Part shown: positions 13,580-22,186 of the stretch, piece by piece
Numbering within the stretch: position 1 is the stretch's first letter
How the letters are laid out: each line of letters opens with the position of its first letter
From: an uncultured Acidobacteriota bacterium
GTDB lineage: Bacteria > Acidobacteriota > Thermoanaerobaculia > Multivoradales > UBA5704
Assembly (NCBI GenBank): GCA_963700145.1
Contig: OY969474.1
Coordinates: 3,584,001-3,648,000 of the forward strand
Length of the DNA stretch: 64,000 nucleotides
Direction: 5' to 3'
Notes under the pieces: model-generated
Seen by the model: only the letters and a program-made list of their open reading frames with translations
Database searches by the model: none
Told to the model about the DNA's origin: nothing
Program-made: the position numbers and the translations under genes

Positions 13580-14230
13580 TCAGCCCGCCCCGCGCGCCAC
13601 GTAGTACTCGGTGCCCTTGATCGGCCGCTGGAGCTGGTGGACCAGCTCCTCGAAGTCCTCGGGGCGCTCGGGGAAGTTGAGCTGGCGGGTGTCGACGACG
13701 AGGAGCGGCGAGGCCTTGTAGTAGTGGTAGTAGTGGTTGTAGGCGTCGATCAGCTCGGCCATGTACTCGGTCGAGATGTGCTTCTCGACGGTACGCTGGC
13801 GGCGGCGGATGCGCTCCATGCAGGTCGACAGGTCGGCGACCAGGTAGACCACCAGGTCCGGCGGCGGCACCTGCGGCTCGAGGAGGGCGTAGAGCTTGTC
13901 AAAGAGCATCAGCTCGTCGTCGCCGAGGTTCAGGTAGGCGAAGATCCGGTTCTTCTGGAAGGTGTAGTCGGCGACCAGCAGGCGGTCGAAGAGCTCGCGC
14001 TGGGCGAGGTCGCGCTGCTGCTTGTAGCGCGAGAGCAGGAAGTAGAGCTCGGTCTGGAAGGCGGCGCCGGGGCGGTCCTCGTAGAAGTCGCCGAGGAAGG
14101 GATTGTTGACGTCCTCGAGGACCTTCACCCCCTCGAAGCGCTGGGCGAGCATCTCGACCAGCGTGGTCTTGCCCACGCCGATGGGGCCGTCGACCGCCAG
14201 GTGGTGGTAGCCGAGGGACTCTTGGCTCAA
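13580..14230 (-). CDS. Deoxynucleoside kinase
   Basis: DGPIGVGKTTL P-loop, NPFLGDFY, FLLSRYKQQ, PDLVVYL; TTG start overlaps mqnE stop. Confidence 0.9.
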   Translation of the reverse strand: MSQESLGYHHLAVDGPIGVGKTTLVEMLAQRFEGVKVLEDVNNPFLGDFYEDRPGAAFQTELYFLLSRYKQQRDLAQRELFDRLLVADYTFQKNRIFAYLNLGDDELMLFDKLYALLEPQVPPPDLVVYLVADLSTCMERIRRRQRTVEKHISTEYMAELIDAYNHYYHYYKASPLLVVDTRQLNFPERPEDFEELVHQLQRPIKGTEYYVARGAG

Positions 14231-15393
14231 TGGGCGGGGGCGGGGCTGGGCGTTGGGGCCGGGCGCTGCTCGATCGGGTTGTAGAGGGTGTCCCTCTCGA
14301 TCGGCTCGAAGCCGGCGAGGCGCACGATCCGCTCGAGCTCGGCGCGCGAGAGCGACTGCTCGGTGTGCGCGCCGGCCATGTGGTAGATGTGCTCCTCGAC
14401 CACCGTGCCGTCGAGGTCGTCGGCGCCGAAGCGCAGCGCCACCTGCGCCAGCTTCGGCGTGATCATCACCCAGTAGGCCTTGACGTGCGGCACGTTGTCG
14501 AGCACGAGGCGGGCGGCGGCGATCTGGCGCAGGTCCTCGAGGCCGGTGGTGTGGAAGCGCAGCCCCATGTAGTTGTTCTCGGGGTGGTAGGCGAGCGGGA
14601 TGAAGGCGTTGAAGCCGCCGGTCTCGTCCTGCAGGTTGCGCAGGCGCAGCAGGTGGTCCACCTGGTGCTCCGGCCGCTCGACGTGGCCGTAGAGCATCGT
14701 GCAGTTGCTCCTGATCCCCATGCCGTGGGCGACGCGGTGGACCTCGATCCACTCGCCGGCGTCGAGCTTGCCGTCGCAGATGATCTGGCGCACCTCGGGG
14801 TGGAAGATCTCGGCGCCGCCGCCCGGCAGCGACCCCAGCCCCGCGTCGCGCAGCCGCCTCAGCACCTCTTCGATCGAGATCCGCTCGTGCTTGGCGAACC
14901 AGCCGATCTCGATGGCGGTGAAGGCCTTCAGGTGCGCGTTGGGGAAGCGCTCGCGCAGGCCGCGCAGCATCTCGCAGTACCACTCCAACGACAGATCGGG
15001 GTGGAGGCCGCCGACGATGTGGAACTCGGTGACCCGGTTGCCCCCCTGCTCGGCGGCGTGGCGGTAGACGTCCTCGTGGCTCATCTCCCAGGCGTGTCCC
15101 TCGCCGGGGAGCGCCGCGAAGCTGCAGAACTTGCAGTTGTAGGTGTAGACGCAGACGTTCGTCGGGTTGATGTGCCGGTTGACGTTGAAGAAGGCGGCGT
15201 TGCCGTGGAGCTTCTTGCGCACCGCGTCGGCCAGGCGCCCCAAGGGGAGGACGGAGGTCGTCGTCAGGGCGAGGAGGGCGTCGGCCTCGTCAAACCGCAC
15301 CCCGTCCCGGACCTTGGCCGCCAGCTCCCGCAGCGGGGCCGGGAAACGGCTCGGTTCGATCTCCGGACAGGGGGGCGGGAGGGGGGTCGGCAT
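14227..15393 (-). CDS. mqnE: Aminofutalosine synthase (radical SAM, CofH/MqnE family)
   Basis: NRHINPTNVC, EFHIVGGLHP, LKAFTAIEI, PGGGAEIF, HVKAYWVM, FGADDLDGTVVEEHIYHMAGA. Confidence 0.88.
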   Translation of the reverse strand: MPTPLPPPCPEIEPSRFPAPLRELAAKVRDGVRFDEADALLALTTTSVLPLGRLADAVRKKLHGNAAFFNVNRHINPTNVCVYTYNCKFCSFAALPGEGHAWEMSHEDVYRHAAEQGGNRVTEFHIVGGLHPDLSLEWYCEMLRGLRERFPNAHLKAFTAIEIGWFAKHERISIEEVLRRLRDAGLGSLPGGGAEIFHPEVRQIICDGKLDAGEWIEVHRVAHGMGIRSNCTMLYGHVERPEHQVDHLLRLRNLQDETGGFNAFIPLAYHPENNYMGLRFHTTGLEDLRQIAAARLVLDNVPHVKAYWVMITPKLAQVALRFGADDLDGTVVEEHIYHMAGAHTEQSLSRAELERIVRLAGFEPIERDTLYNPIEQRPAPTPSPAPAH

Positions 15394-15458
15394 GGCCGCC
15401 GGCAGTATACCGCGCGCCTTCCGGGTGGGACGGCGGCGGTTGCCATGATCCGCCGCAC

Positions 15459-18143
15459 GTGACCCGCTGCGCCGTCTGCGGTACCACCCTCCCGGGCGGC
15501 AGCCTCTGCCCGCGCTGCAACTCTTTGCCCACCGAGCTCCCGCCGCTGGAGGCGGCAGCGCCGCGCGCGCGGACCCCTCCGCCACTCCTCAGCTCCTCCG
15601 CCGCCGACTTCGCGCCCGGCGAGCTGTTCGCCGAGCGCTACCGGATCGTCGCCCTCCTCGGCCGCGGCGGGATGGGCGAGGTCTACCGCGCCGACGACCT
15701 GCGGCTCGGCCAGACCGTCGCGCTCAAGTTCCTGCCCGCTGCGCTGACCGGCGACCCCGGCCGCCTGGAGCGCTTCTACGCCGAGGTCCGGCTCGCCCGC
15801 GAGGTCTCCCATCCCAACGTCTGCCGCGTCTACGACGTCGGCGAGGCCGGCGGGCGCTCGTACCTGGCGATGGAGTATGTCGACGGCGAGGACCTCGCCT
15901 CCCTGCTGCGCCGCATCGGCCGGCTCCCCGAGGACAAAGCCGTGGAGGTCGCCCGCCAGCTCTGCGCCGGGCTCGCCGCGGTGCACGACCGCGGCGTCCT
16001 CCACCGCGACCTCAAGCCGGCCAACGTCATGCTCGACGGCCACGGCCGCGTGCGCCTGACCGACTTCGGGCTCGCCGCCGCCGCCGCCGAGGCCAAAGGG
16101 AGCGACCTCTCGGGGACGCCCCAGTACATGGCCCCCGAGCAGTTCGCGCTGCGCCCGCCGAGCGTGCGCAGCGACCTCTACGCCCTCGGCCTCGTCCTCT
16201 ACGAGCTCTTCACCGGCAAGCCGGCCGTCGCCGGCGCGACGTTCGAGGAGCTGCGCCGTCGCCATCAGCAGGATCCCCCGACGCCCCCCTCGCGCGTGCG
16301 CCCGGGCCTCGATCCGGCCGTCGAGCGGGTCATCCTGCGCTGCCTCGAGAAGGAGCCGCAGAGTCGCCCCGCCTCGGCTCTCGAGGTCGCGGCGGCCCTG
16401 CCAGGAGGCGACCCGCTGGCGGCGGCCCTGGCGGCCGGCGAGACCCCCTCGCCCGAGATGGTGGCCGCCGCCGGAGCCGAGGGAGCGCTGCGGCCGGCGA
16501 CGGCGTTGGCGTGTCTCGCGGGGGTCGGCGTGGGGCTGCTCTGCCTCGCGCTCATCGGGAGCACCTATTCTCTCGGCGGGCGAGTGGGCGCAGAGATCAA
16601 GCCCCCGGAGGTGCTGGCGGAGCGGGCGCGCGGCATCGTCGCAGCCGCGGGGTATCCCGACGCGCCGGCCGACCGCGGATACGGCTTCGACGTCTCGCAG
16701 GAGCGGCGCCGCTGGTTGCGCGAGCAGCAACGCGGCGGTCCCGCCAGGCGCGCGCTCGCGGCCGTAGCGCCCCCGATCCTCCAGTTCTGGTACCGGCAGA
16801 GCCCTGGTCCCCTGGTCCCGGTGACCTTCTTCGGGGCGCAAAACACACCCTTCCCGGTCGTCAGCCCGTTCGACCCGCCGCCGCTCGAGCCGGGGATGGT
16901 CTCGCTCCTCCTCGATCCGGAGGGGCGACTCCTGGCGTTCACGGCGGTCCCCGCGAAGGTGCTCGCCGCCGGCGCGCCCGCCGCGGGGCCTCGCTGGGAA
17001 GCCCTGTTCGCCGCCGCCGGGCTCGACCGGACGCGGTTCCGGCCGGTCTCGCCGCGCCGCACCCCGCCCGTCTTCGCCGACGCCCACCCGGCCTGGGCGG
17101 GGGTGCTGCCCGGCCAGCCGCCGGTGCCGATCCGCGTCGAGGCGGCGGCGCTCCACGGCCGGCCGGTCCATTTCGAGATCTTGGGGCCCTGGAGCCTCGC
17201 CCCGACGACGGACGAGGCGCCGAGCCGCGGGGAGCGCGCCGCCCAGATCCTTCTCGCCACGATCTTTCTGGGGCTGATCGTCGGCCCGGCCCTCGCCGCC
17301 CGCCGCAACCTCCGGCTGGGACGGGGCGACCGCCGCGGCGCCTTCCGGGTCGCGGCTTGTGTCGTCGCGTTCTTCTTCGCCTCCTGGGCCGTAGGCGGAA
17401 AGCACGTGCCTGCCCTCGCCGAGCTCGGCCTGTTCGTGATGACCCTCTCCTGGGCCGTGCCGGTGGCCGGGTGGGTCTGGCTCCTCTACCTCGCGATCGA
17501 GCCCTACCTGCGCCGGCGTTGGCCCCATACCCTCGTCTCCTGGAACCGGCTCCTCGCCGGCCGCTGGCGCGACCCGCTGGTCGGCCGCGACATCCTGTTG
17601 GGGGTGCTGGTCACCGTCGCTGTCCTCGTCTTCATCCGCGTCATCGGCGCCCTGGGCGACTGGATCGAAGGTACACGGTATCTGCCCGCCGAACCTTCCG
17701 CGGCGCTCAACGGCACGGCGAACGTCCTCTCGGACGTGCTGAGGGCCCCGATCGCGGGGTTCCTGTTCGCCTTCAGCTTATTCTTCATCTTCTCGCTGCT
17801 GCGCTCGCTCGCGCGGCGCGACCTCGTGGCCGCCGGGCTCTTCGTCCTCCTGCTCGTCGCCAAAGACACGCTGCCGAGCTATACGCCGGTCGTCAGCGGC
17901 GCCATCGCGATCGTCTTTTACGTCTCCATCGTCGCCCTGGCGCGCGGTCCGGGCCTCCTGGCGCTCGCCGCCTTTGCGCTGCCCGTTCCCTTGGTCAGCT
18001 TGGTGCTCACCCCCGACCCCGACGTCTGGTACGCGGAGGCCGGTTTCATCGCGGCGCTGGTCTGCCTGGCGCTGGCCGGCTACGGCGCCTGGGTGGCGCG
18101 CGCCGGGCAGCCGCTCTTCCGGGGAGACCTGCTCGAGCGCTAG
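15459..18143 (+). CDS. Hanks-type Ser/Thr protein kinase with extracytoplasmic and multi-TM C-terminal region
   Basis: LGRGGMGEVY, VALKFL, HRDLKPANV, DFG, GTPQYMAPE; several hydrophobic segments. Confidence 0.92.
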   Translation: MTRCAVCGTTLPGGSLCPRCNSLPTELPPLEAAAPRARTPPPLLSSSAADFAPGELFAERYRIVALLGRGGMGEVYRADDLRLGQTVALKFLPAALTGDPGRLERFYAEVRLAREVSHPNVCRVYDVGEAGGRSYLAMEYVDGEDLASLLRRIGRLPEDKAVEVARQLCAGLAAVHDRGVLHRDLKPANVMLDGHGRVRLTDFGLAAAAAEAKGSDLSGTPQYMAPEQFALRPPSVRSDLYALGLVLYELFTGKPAVAGATFEELRRRHQQDPPTPPSRVRPGLDPAVERVILRCLEKEPQSRPASALEVAAALPGGDPLAAALAAGETPSPEMVAAAGAEGALRPATALACLAGVGVGLLCLALIGSTYSLGGRVGAEIKPPEVLAERARGIVAAAGYPDAPADRGYGFDVSQERRRWLREQQRGGPARRALAAVAPPILQFWYRQSPGPLVPVTFFGAQNTPFPVVSPFDPPPLEPGMVSLLLDPEGRLLAFTAVPAKVLAAGAPAAGPRWEALFAAAGLDRTRFRPVSPRRTPPVFADAHPAWAGVLPGQPPVPIRVEAAALHGRPVHFEILGPWSLAPTTDEAPSRGERAAQILLATIFLGLIVGPALAARRNLRLGRGDRRGAFRVAACVVAFFFASWAVGGKHVPALAELGLFVMTLSWAVPVAGWVWLLYLAIEPYLRRRWPHTLVSWNRLLAGRWRDPLVGRDILLGVLVTVAVLVFIRVIGALGDWIEGTRYLPAEPSAALNGTANVLSDVLRAPIAGFLFAFSLFFIFSLLRSLARRDLVAAGLFVLLLVAKDTLPSYTPVVSGAIAIVFYVSIVALARGPGLLALAAFALPVPLVSLVLTPDPDVWYAEAGFIAALVCLALAGYGAWVARAGQPLFRGDLLER

Positions 18144-18164
18144 CGCGGACGGACGGCGCCCGCA

Positions 18165-18199
18165 AAGCGAAGAGCCCGCGGCCGGATGACCGCGGGCTC
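18165..18199 (-). terminator. Intrinsic terminator after beta-helix paralog 1
   Basis: GAGCCCGCGG/CCGCGGGCTC stem followed on minus strand by TTCGCTTT. Confidence 0.65.
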
Positions 18200-18230
18200 C
18201 TGAGGACGGGCGGCGAAACGCCTTACTGCT

Positions 18231-19142
18231 CTACTGCTTGACGAGCGGAGACAGGGCGCCGGTGTTGGCCCCATTGCCGGAGAAGTAGTTGTCGCCGAAC
18301 GAGCCCACCGACCCGGCGGTGATGGTGAAGCCCGCCGTCGGGTTGTTGGTGATCGCGCTGCGCGACAGCCGGACGGTCGAGGTGCCGGCCGTGGTGATGC
18401 CGCGGGTGTTGTGCGAGATCACCGAGTTGTCGACGTTCACCTGGCCGTTGCCGGCGGCGTCGACGCCCGCGATCGTGTTGCCGCTGGCGGTCGCGGCCTC
18501 GAGGGTGAAGATCGCGCCGTTTCCGGCGAAGATGCCCGTGGCGTTGTTGGCGAGGATCGAGTCCGTGATCTGCACCTTGGCGACCGGGGAGCCGACGCTC
18601 GGGAAGACCGCGACGCCGGCGGCGATGTTGTTGGCGATCGTCGATTCGCTGATGAAGACCTGCGTCGTGGCGAGGGAGCCGATGTTGATGTCCACCCCGC
18701 GGCCCGGGTTGCCGCGGAAGCCGGTGATGTCGCAGTTCTCGATGTGCACCGCCTTGGCGCTCAGGATGCGCACGCCGTTGAGGCCGGTGCCCGCGCCGTT
18801 GATCGACAGGTTGCGCAGGGTGATGGTGTCGGTCGAGAGGGCATTGATGATGACCCCGTTCACACCGGCGGCGAGGATGCCGGCGAGGGTCCCTTCGCCG
18901 TTGATGGTGATCGACTTGGTGATCGTGACGCCGCCGAAGCCGCCCGGATCGAGCACGCTGATCTCGCCGCCGGCCGCGGTCTTCGAGATCGCGCCGGCGA
19001 AGGTCTTGCACGGCGCCGTACGGCTGCACGGGTTGGCGTCGTCGCCGACGCCGGAGACCCAGGTGCGCGTCGCCTGCGCCTGAGCGCTCATGGCGACGAC
19101 GACGAGAATTAGGGCGTAAAGGATCGCGCAACGGCTACGCAT
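18231..19142 (-). CDS. Secreted right-handed parallel beta-helix protein (paralog 1)
   Basis: Signal peptide ending AQA, TRTWVSGVGDDANPCSRTAPCKT head, Asn-ladder repeats. Confidence 0.85.
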   Translation of the reverse strand: MRSRCAILYALILVVVAMSAQAQATRTWVSGVGDDANPCSRTAPCKTFAGAISKTAAGGEISVLDPGGFGGVTITKSITINGEGTLAGILAAGVNGVIINALSTDTITLRNLSINGAGTGLNGVRILSAKAVHIENCDITGFRGNPGRGVDINIGSLATTQVFISESTIANNIAAGVAVFPSVGSPVAKVQITDSILANNATGIFAGNGAIFTLEAATASGNTIAGVDAAGNGQVNVDNSVISHNTRGITTAGTSTVRLSRSAITNNPTAGFTITAGSVGSFGDNYFSGNGANTGALSPLVKQ

Positions 19143-19220
19143 CTCTGGTCTCCTCCCAGTCAGTTGTGAGAACGACAAAAACGGAGAAGGAGTGTACACC
19201 GGCTGCGGCGCTAGACGCAA

Positions 19221-19258
19221 GAAAGCGAAAGAGCCCGCGGCCGGCAGGCCGCGGGCTC
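19221..19258 (-). terminator. Intrinsic terminator after beta-helix paralog 2
   Basis: Same GAGCCCGCGG stem-loop plus U-rich tail on minus strand. Confidence 0.65.
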
Positions 19259-19281
19259 CTGAGGACGGGCGCTAAGCGCCC

Positions 19282-20199
19282 TTACTGCTTGATGAGCGGC
19301 GAGAGGGCGCCGGTGTTGGCCCCGTTGCCGGAGAAGTAGTTGTCGGCGAACGAGCCGATCGTCCCGCCGGTGATCGTGAAGCCCGCCGTCGGGTTGTTGG
19401 TGATCGCGCTGCGCGACAGACGGACCGTCGAGGTGCCGGCCGTCGTGATCCCGCGCAGGTTGTGCGAGATCACCGAGTTGTCGACGTTCACCTGGCCCGG
19501 CGCGACGGTGCCAGCGCTGTCGATGCCCGCCACGGTGTTGCCGCTGACTGTCGTCGCCTCGAGGGTAAAGATCGCGCCCTCGCCGGCGAAGACGCCCGAG
19601 GCGTTGTTGGCGAGGATCGAGTCCGTGATCTGCACCTTGACGGTCGGCGTGCCGCTGATGGGGACGACGGCGACGCCGGCGGCGATGTTGTTGCCGATCG
19701 TCGACTCGCTGATGAAGACCTGGGTCGAGGTGCCGGTCGAGAGGTTGATGTCCACGCCGCGGCCCGGGCTGCCGCGGAAGCCGGTGATGTCGCAGTTCTC
19801 GATGTGCACCGCCTTGGCGCTCAGGATGCGCACGCCGCGCAGGCCGTTGCCCGCGCCGTTGATCGACAAGTTGCGGAGGACGACGGTGTCGGTGGAGGTG
19901 GCATTGATGATGACGCCGTTGATGAGGGAGGCGAGGATGCCGCCGAGCGACCCTTCACCGTTGATGGTGATCGACTTGGTGATCGTGACGCCGCCGAAGC
20001 CGCCCGGATCGAGCACGCTGATCTCGCCGCCGGGCGCGGTCTTGGAGATCGCGCCGGCGAAGGTCTTGCACGGCGCCGTGCGGCTGCACGGGTTCGCGTC
20101 GTTGCCGACGCCGGACACCCACGTCCGTGTCGCCTGCGCCTGAGCGCTCATGGCAACGACGAGGATAAGAATGTAAAGGACGGCGCAATGCTTACGCAT
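19282..20199 (-). CDS. Secreted right-handed parallel beta-helix protein (paralog 2)
   Basis: Highly similar to the flanking paralogs. Confidence 0.85.
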   Translation of the reverse strand: MRKHCAVLYILILVVAMSAQAQATRTWVSGVGNDANPCSRTAPCKTFAGAISKTAPGGEISVLDPGGFGGVTITKSITINGEGSLGGILASLINGVIINATSTDTVVLRNLSINGAGNGLRGVRILSAKAVHIENCDITGFRGSPGRGVDINLSTGTSTQVFISESTIGNNIAAGVAVVPISGTPTVKVQITDSILANNASGVFAGEGAIFTLEATTVSGNTVAGIDSAGTVAPGQVNVDNSVISHNLRGITTAGTSTVRLSRSAITNNPTAGFTITGGTIGSFADNYFSGNGANTGALSPLIKQ

Positions 20200-20254
20200 C
20201 TCTGCTCCTCCGTTGGTTGTGATAACTGAAAAAACGGACAGGAATCATACACCG

Positions 20255-20290
20255 AAAGCGAAGAGCCCGCGGCCGGCAGGCCGCGGGCTC
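20255..20290 (-). terminator. Intrinsic terminator after beta-helix paralog 3
   Basis: Third copy of the same stem-loop. Confidence 0.65.
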
Positions 20291-20311
20291 CCGAGGACAA
20301 GCGCGAAAACG

Positions 20312-21229
20312 CTACTGCTTGATGAGCGGCGAGAGGGCGCCGGTGTTGGCCCCGTTGCCGGAGAAGTAGTTGTCGCCGAACGAGCCGATCGTCCCGCCGG
20401 TGATCGTGAAGCCCGCCGTCGGGTTGTTGGTGATCGCGCTGCGCGACAGCCGAACCGTCGAGGTGCCGGCCGTGGTGATGCCGCGGGTGTTGTGCGAGAT
20501 CACCGAGTTGTCGACGTTCACCTGGCCCGGCGCGATGGTGCCGGCGGCGTCGATGCCCGCGATCGTGTTGCCGCTGGCGGTCGCGTTCTCGAGCGTGAAG
20601 ATCCCGCCCTCGCCGGCGAAGACGCCCGAGGCGTTGTTGGCGAGGATCGAGTCGGTGATCTGCACCTTGGCGGTCGGCGTGCCGCTGGTGGGGACGACCG
20701 CGACGCCGGCGGCGATGTTGTTGGTGACCGTCGACTCGCTGATGAAGACCTGCGTCGAAGTGCCGGTGGCGAGGTTGACGTCCACGCCGCGGCCCGGGCT
20801 GCCGCGGAAGCCGCTGATGTCGCAGTTCTCGATGTGCACCGCCTTGGCGCTCAGGACGCGCACGCCGCGGAGGCCGTTGCCCACGCCGTTGATGGCGATG
20901 TGACGGAGGGTGATGGTGTCGGTGGCGGCGGCGTTGATGGTCACCCCGGTCACCAGCGAGGCGGTGATGCCGGCGAGCTGCCCTTCACCGTTGATGGTGA
21001 TGGACTTGGTGATGGTGACGGCGCCGAAGCTGCCCGGATCGAGGACGCTGATCTCGCCGCCGGCCGCGGTCTTGGAGATCGCGCCCGCGAAGGTCTTGCA
21101 GGGCGCGGTGCGGCTGCACGGGTTGACGTCGTCGCCGACGCCGGAGACCCAGGTCCGTGTCGCCTGCGCCTGAGCGCTCATGGCGACGACGAGAATGAAG
21201 ACATACAGGAACGCGCAACGGCTACGCAT
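20312..21229 (-). CDS. Secreted right-handed parallel beta-helix protein (paralog 3)
   Basis: Highly similar to paralogs 1 and 2; GGAGGAG RBS. Confidence 0.85.
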   Translation of the reverse strand: MRSRCAFLYVFILVVAMSAQAQATRTWVSGVGDDVNPCSRTAPCKTFAGAISKTAAGGEISVLDPGSFGAVTITKSITINGEGQLAGITASLVTGVTINAAATDTITLRHIAINGVGNGLRGVRVLSAKAVHIENCDISGFRGSPGRGVDVNLATGTSTQVFISESTVTNNIAAGVAVVPTSGTPTAKVQITDSILANNASGVFAGEGGIFTLENATASGNTIAGIDAAGTIAPGQVNVDNSVISHNTRGITTAGTSTVRLSRSAITNNPTAGFTITGGTIGSFGDNYFSGNGANTGALSPLIKQ

Positions 21230-21280
21230 CTTTGCTCTCCTCCGGTTAGTTGTGAGGTCTTCGGCGATCGGGAAACGAAA

Positions 21281-21309
21281 ATGTTACACCCGCCGGGAGC
21301 GGATGGCAA
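21281..21309 (-). promoter_or_regulatory. Putative sigma70-type promoter of beta-helix paralog 3
   Basis: Minus strand TTGCCA-17 nt-TAACAT; GGTG-TAnnnT also precedes the other two paralogs. Confidence 0.45.
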
Positions 21310-21328
21310 CTTGCGCGAGCGCAATTTA

Positions 21329-22186
21329 CTAAACGAGCAGGTCCATTGCCGTCGCCGCGAAGAGCCAGACGGCGAGCATGCCGTTGGCGGTAAAAAAGGC
21401 GGCGTCGAGGCGCGAAAGATCGCCGGGGCGGACGATCCAGTGCTGGTAGGCGAGGAGCGCGAGGCAGCCGAGCCAGCCGAGCCAGTACCAGGCGCCGAGC
21501 CCCGGCGGGTAGACGCGCGGCAGGAGCGCGAGGAGCGCGAGCATCGCGGCATGAAAGAGGGCCGAGAGCCAGAGCGCCGGCACGGTGCCGAAGCGGGCGG
21601 GGATCGAGAAGAGCCCGGCGCGGCAGTCGAAGTCGAGGTCCTGCAAGGCGTAGAGGACGTCGAAGCCGGCGACCCAGAGAAGGACGGCGCCGGCGAGGAG
21701 GAACGGCGTCGGCGCGACGTCGCCGCGCACCGCGATCCAGGCCCCGAGCGGCGCGCCCGAGATCGCCAGGCCGAGCAGCAGGTGCGAGGCCCAGGTGAAG
21801 CGCTTGGTGTAGGAGTAGCCGCAGAGGATCAGCAGCGCCAGCGGCGCGAGCGCCAGCGCCAGCGGGTTGAGCTGCCACGCCGCCAGGACGAGGAGCGCGG
21901 CGCTGGCGAGGACGAAGAGCAGCACGAACCCCGGCGTCAGGAGGCCCGCGGGCAGCGCGCGCGACGCGGTGCGCGGGTTGGCGGCGTCGATCGTCCGGTC
22001 GGCGAGCCGGTTGAAGCCCATCGCCGTGCTCCGCGCCCCGACCATCGCGACGACGATCCAGAAGACCGTCCGCCAGGACGGCCACCCTTCGGCGGCGAGC
22101 AGCATCCCCAGGAAGGCGAACGGCAGCGCGAAGAGCGTGTGCTCGAACTTGATCATCTCGAGCACGATCCCGAGCCGCCCCTTCAC
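21329..22186 (-). CDS. mqnP: UbiA-family prenyltransferase of the futalosine menaquinone pathway
   Basis: MIKFEHTLFALPFA, AMGFNRLADRTIDAANPRT..R.LP, YSYTKRF, GFDVLYALQD; mqnE nearby. Confidence 0.8.
   Translation of the reverse strand: MKGRLGIVLEMIKFEHTLFALPFAFLGMLLAAEGWPSWRTVFWIVVAMVGARSTAMGFNRLADRTIDAANPRTASRALPAGLLTPGFVLLFVLASAALLVLAAWQLNPLALALAPLALLILCGYSYTKRFTWASHLLLGLAISGAPLGAWIAVRGDVAPTPFLLAGAVLLWVAGFDVLYALQDLDFDCRAGLFSIPARFGTVPALWLSALFHAAMLALLALLPRVYPPGLGAWYWLGWLGCLALLAYQHWIVRPGDLSRLDAAFFTANGMLAVWLFAATAMDLLV

Noticed and set aside
18165-20290. Three regularly spaced near-identical hairpins resembling CRISPR repeats or integron attC sites
   Set aside because: Spaced ~1 kb apart, duplicated along with the paralogous genes and followed by U-tracts, so terminators; no cas or integrase nearby
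18231-21229. Diversity-generating retroelement behind the paralog variation or the skew halos
   Set aside because: No reverse transcriptase or TR/VR pair in the window, and differences do not look adenine-specific
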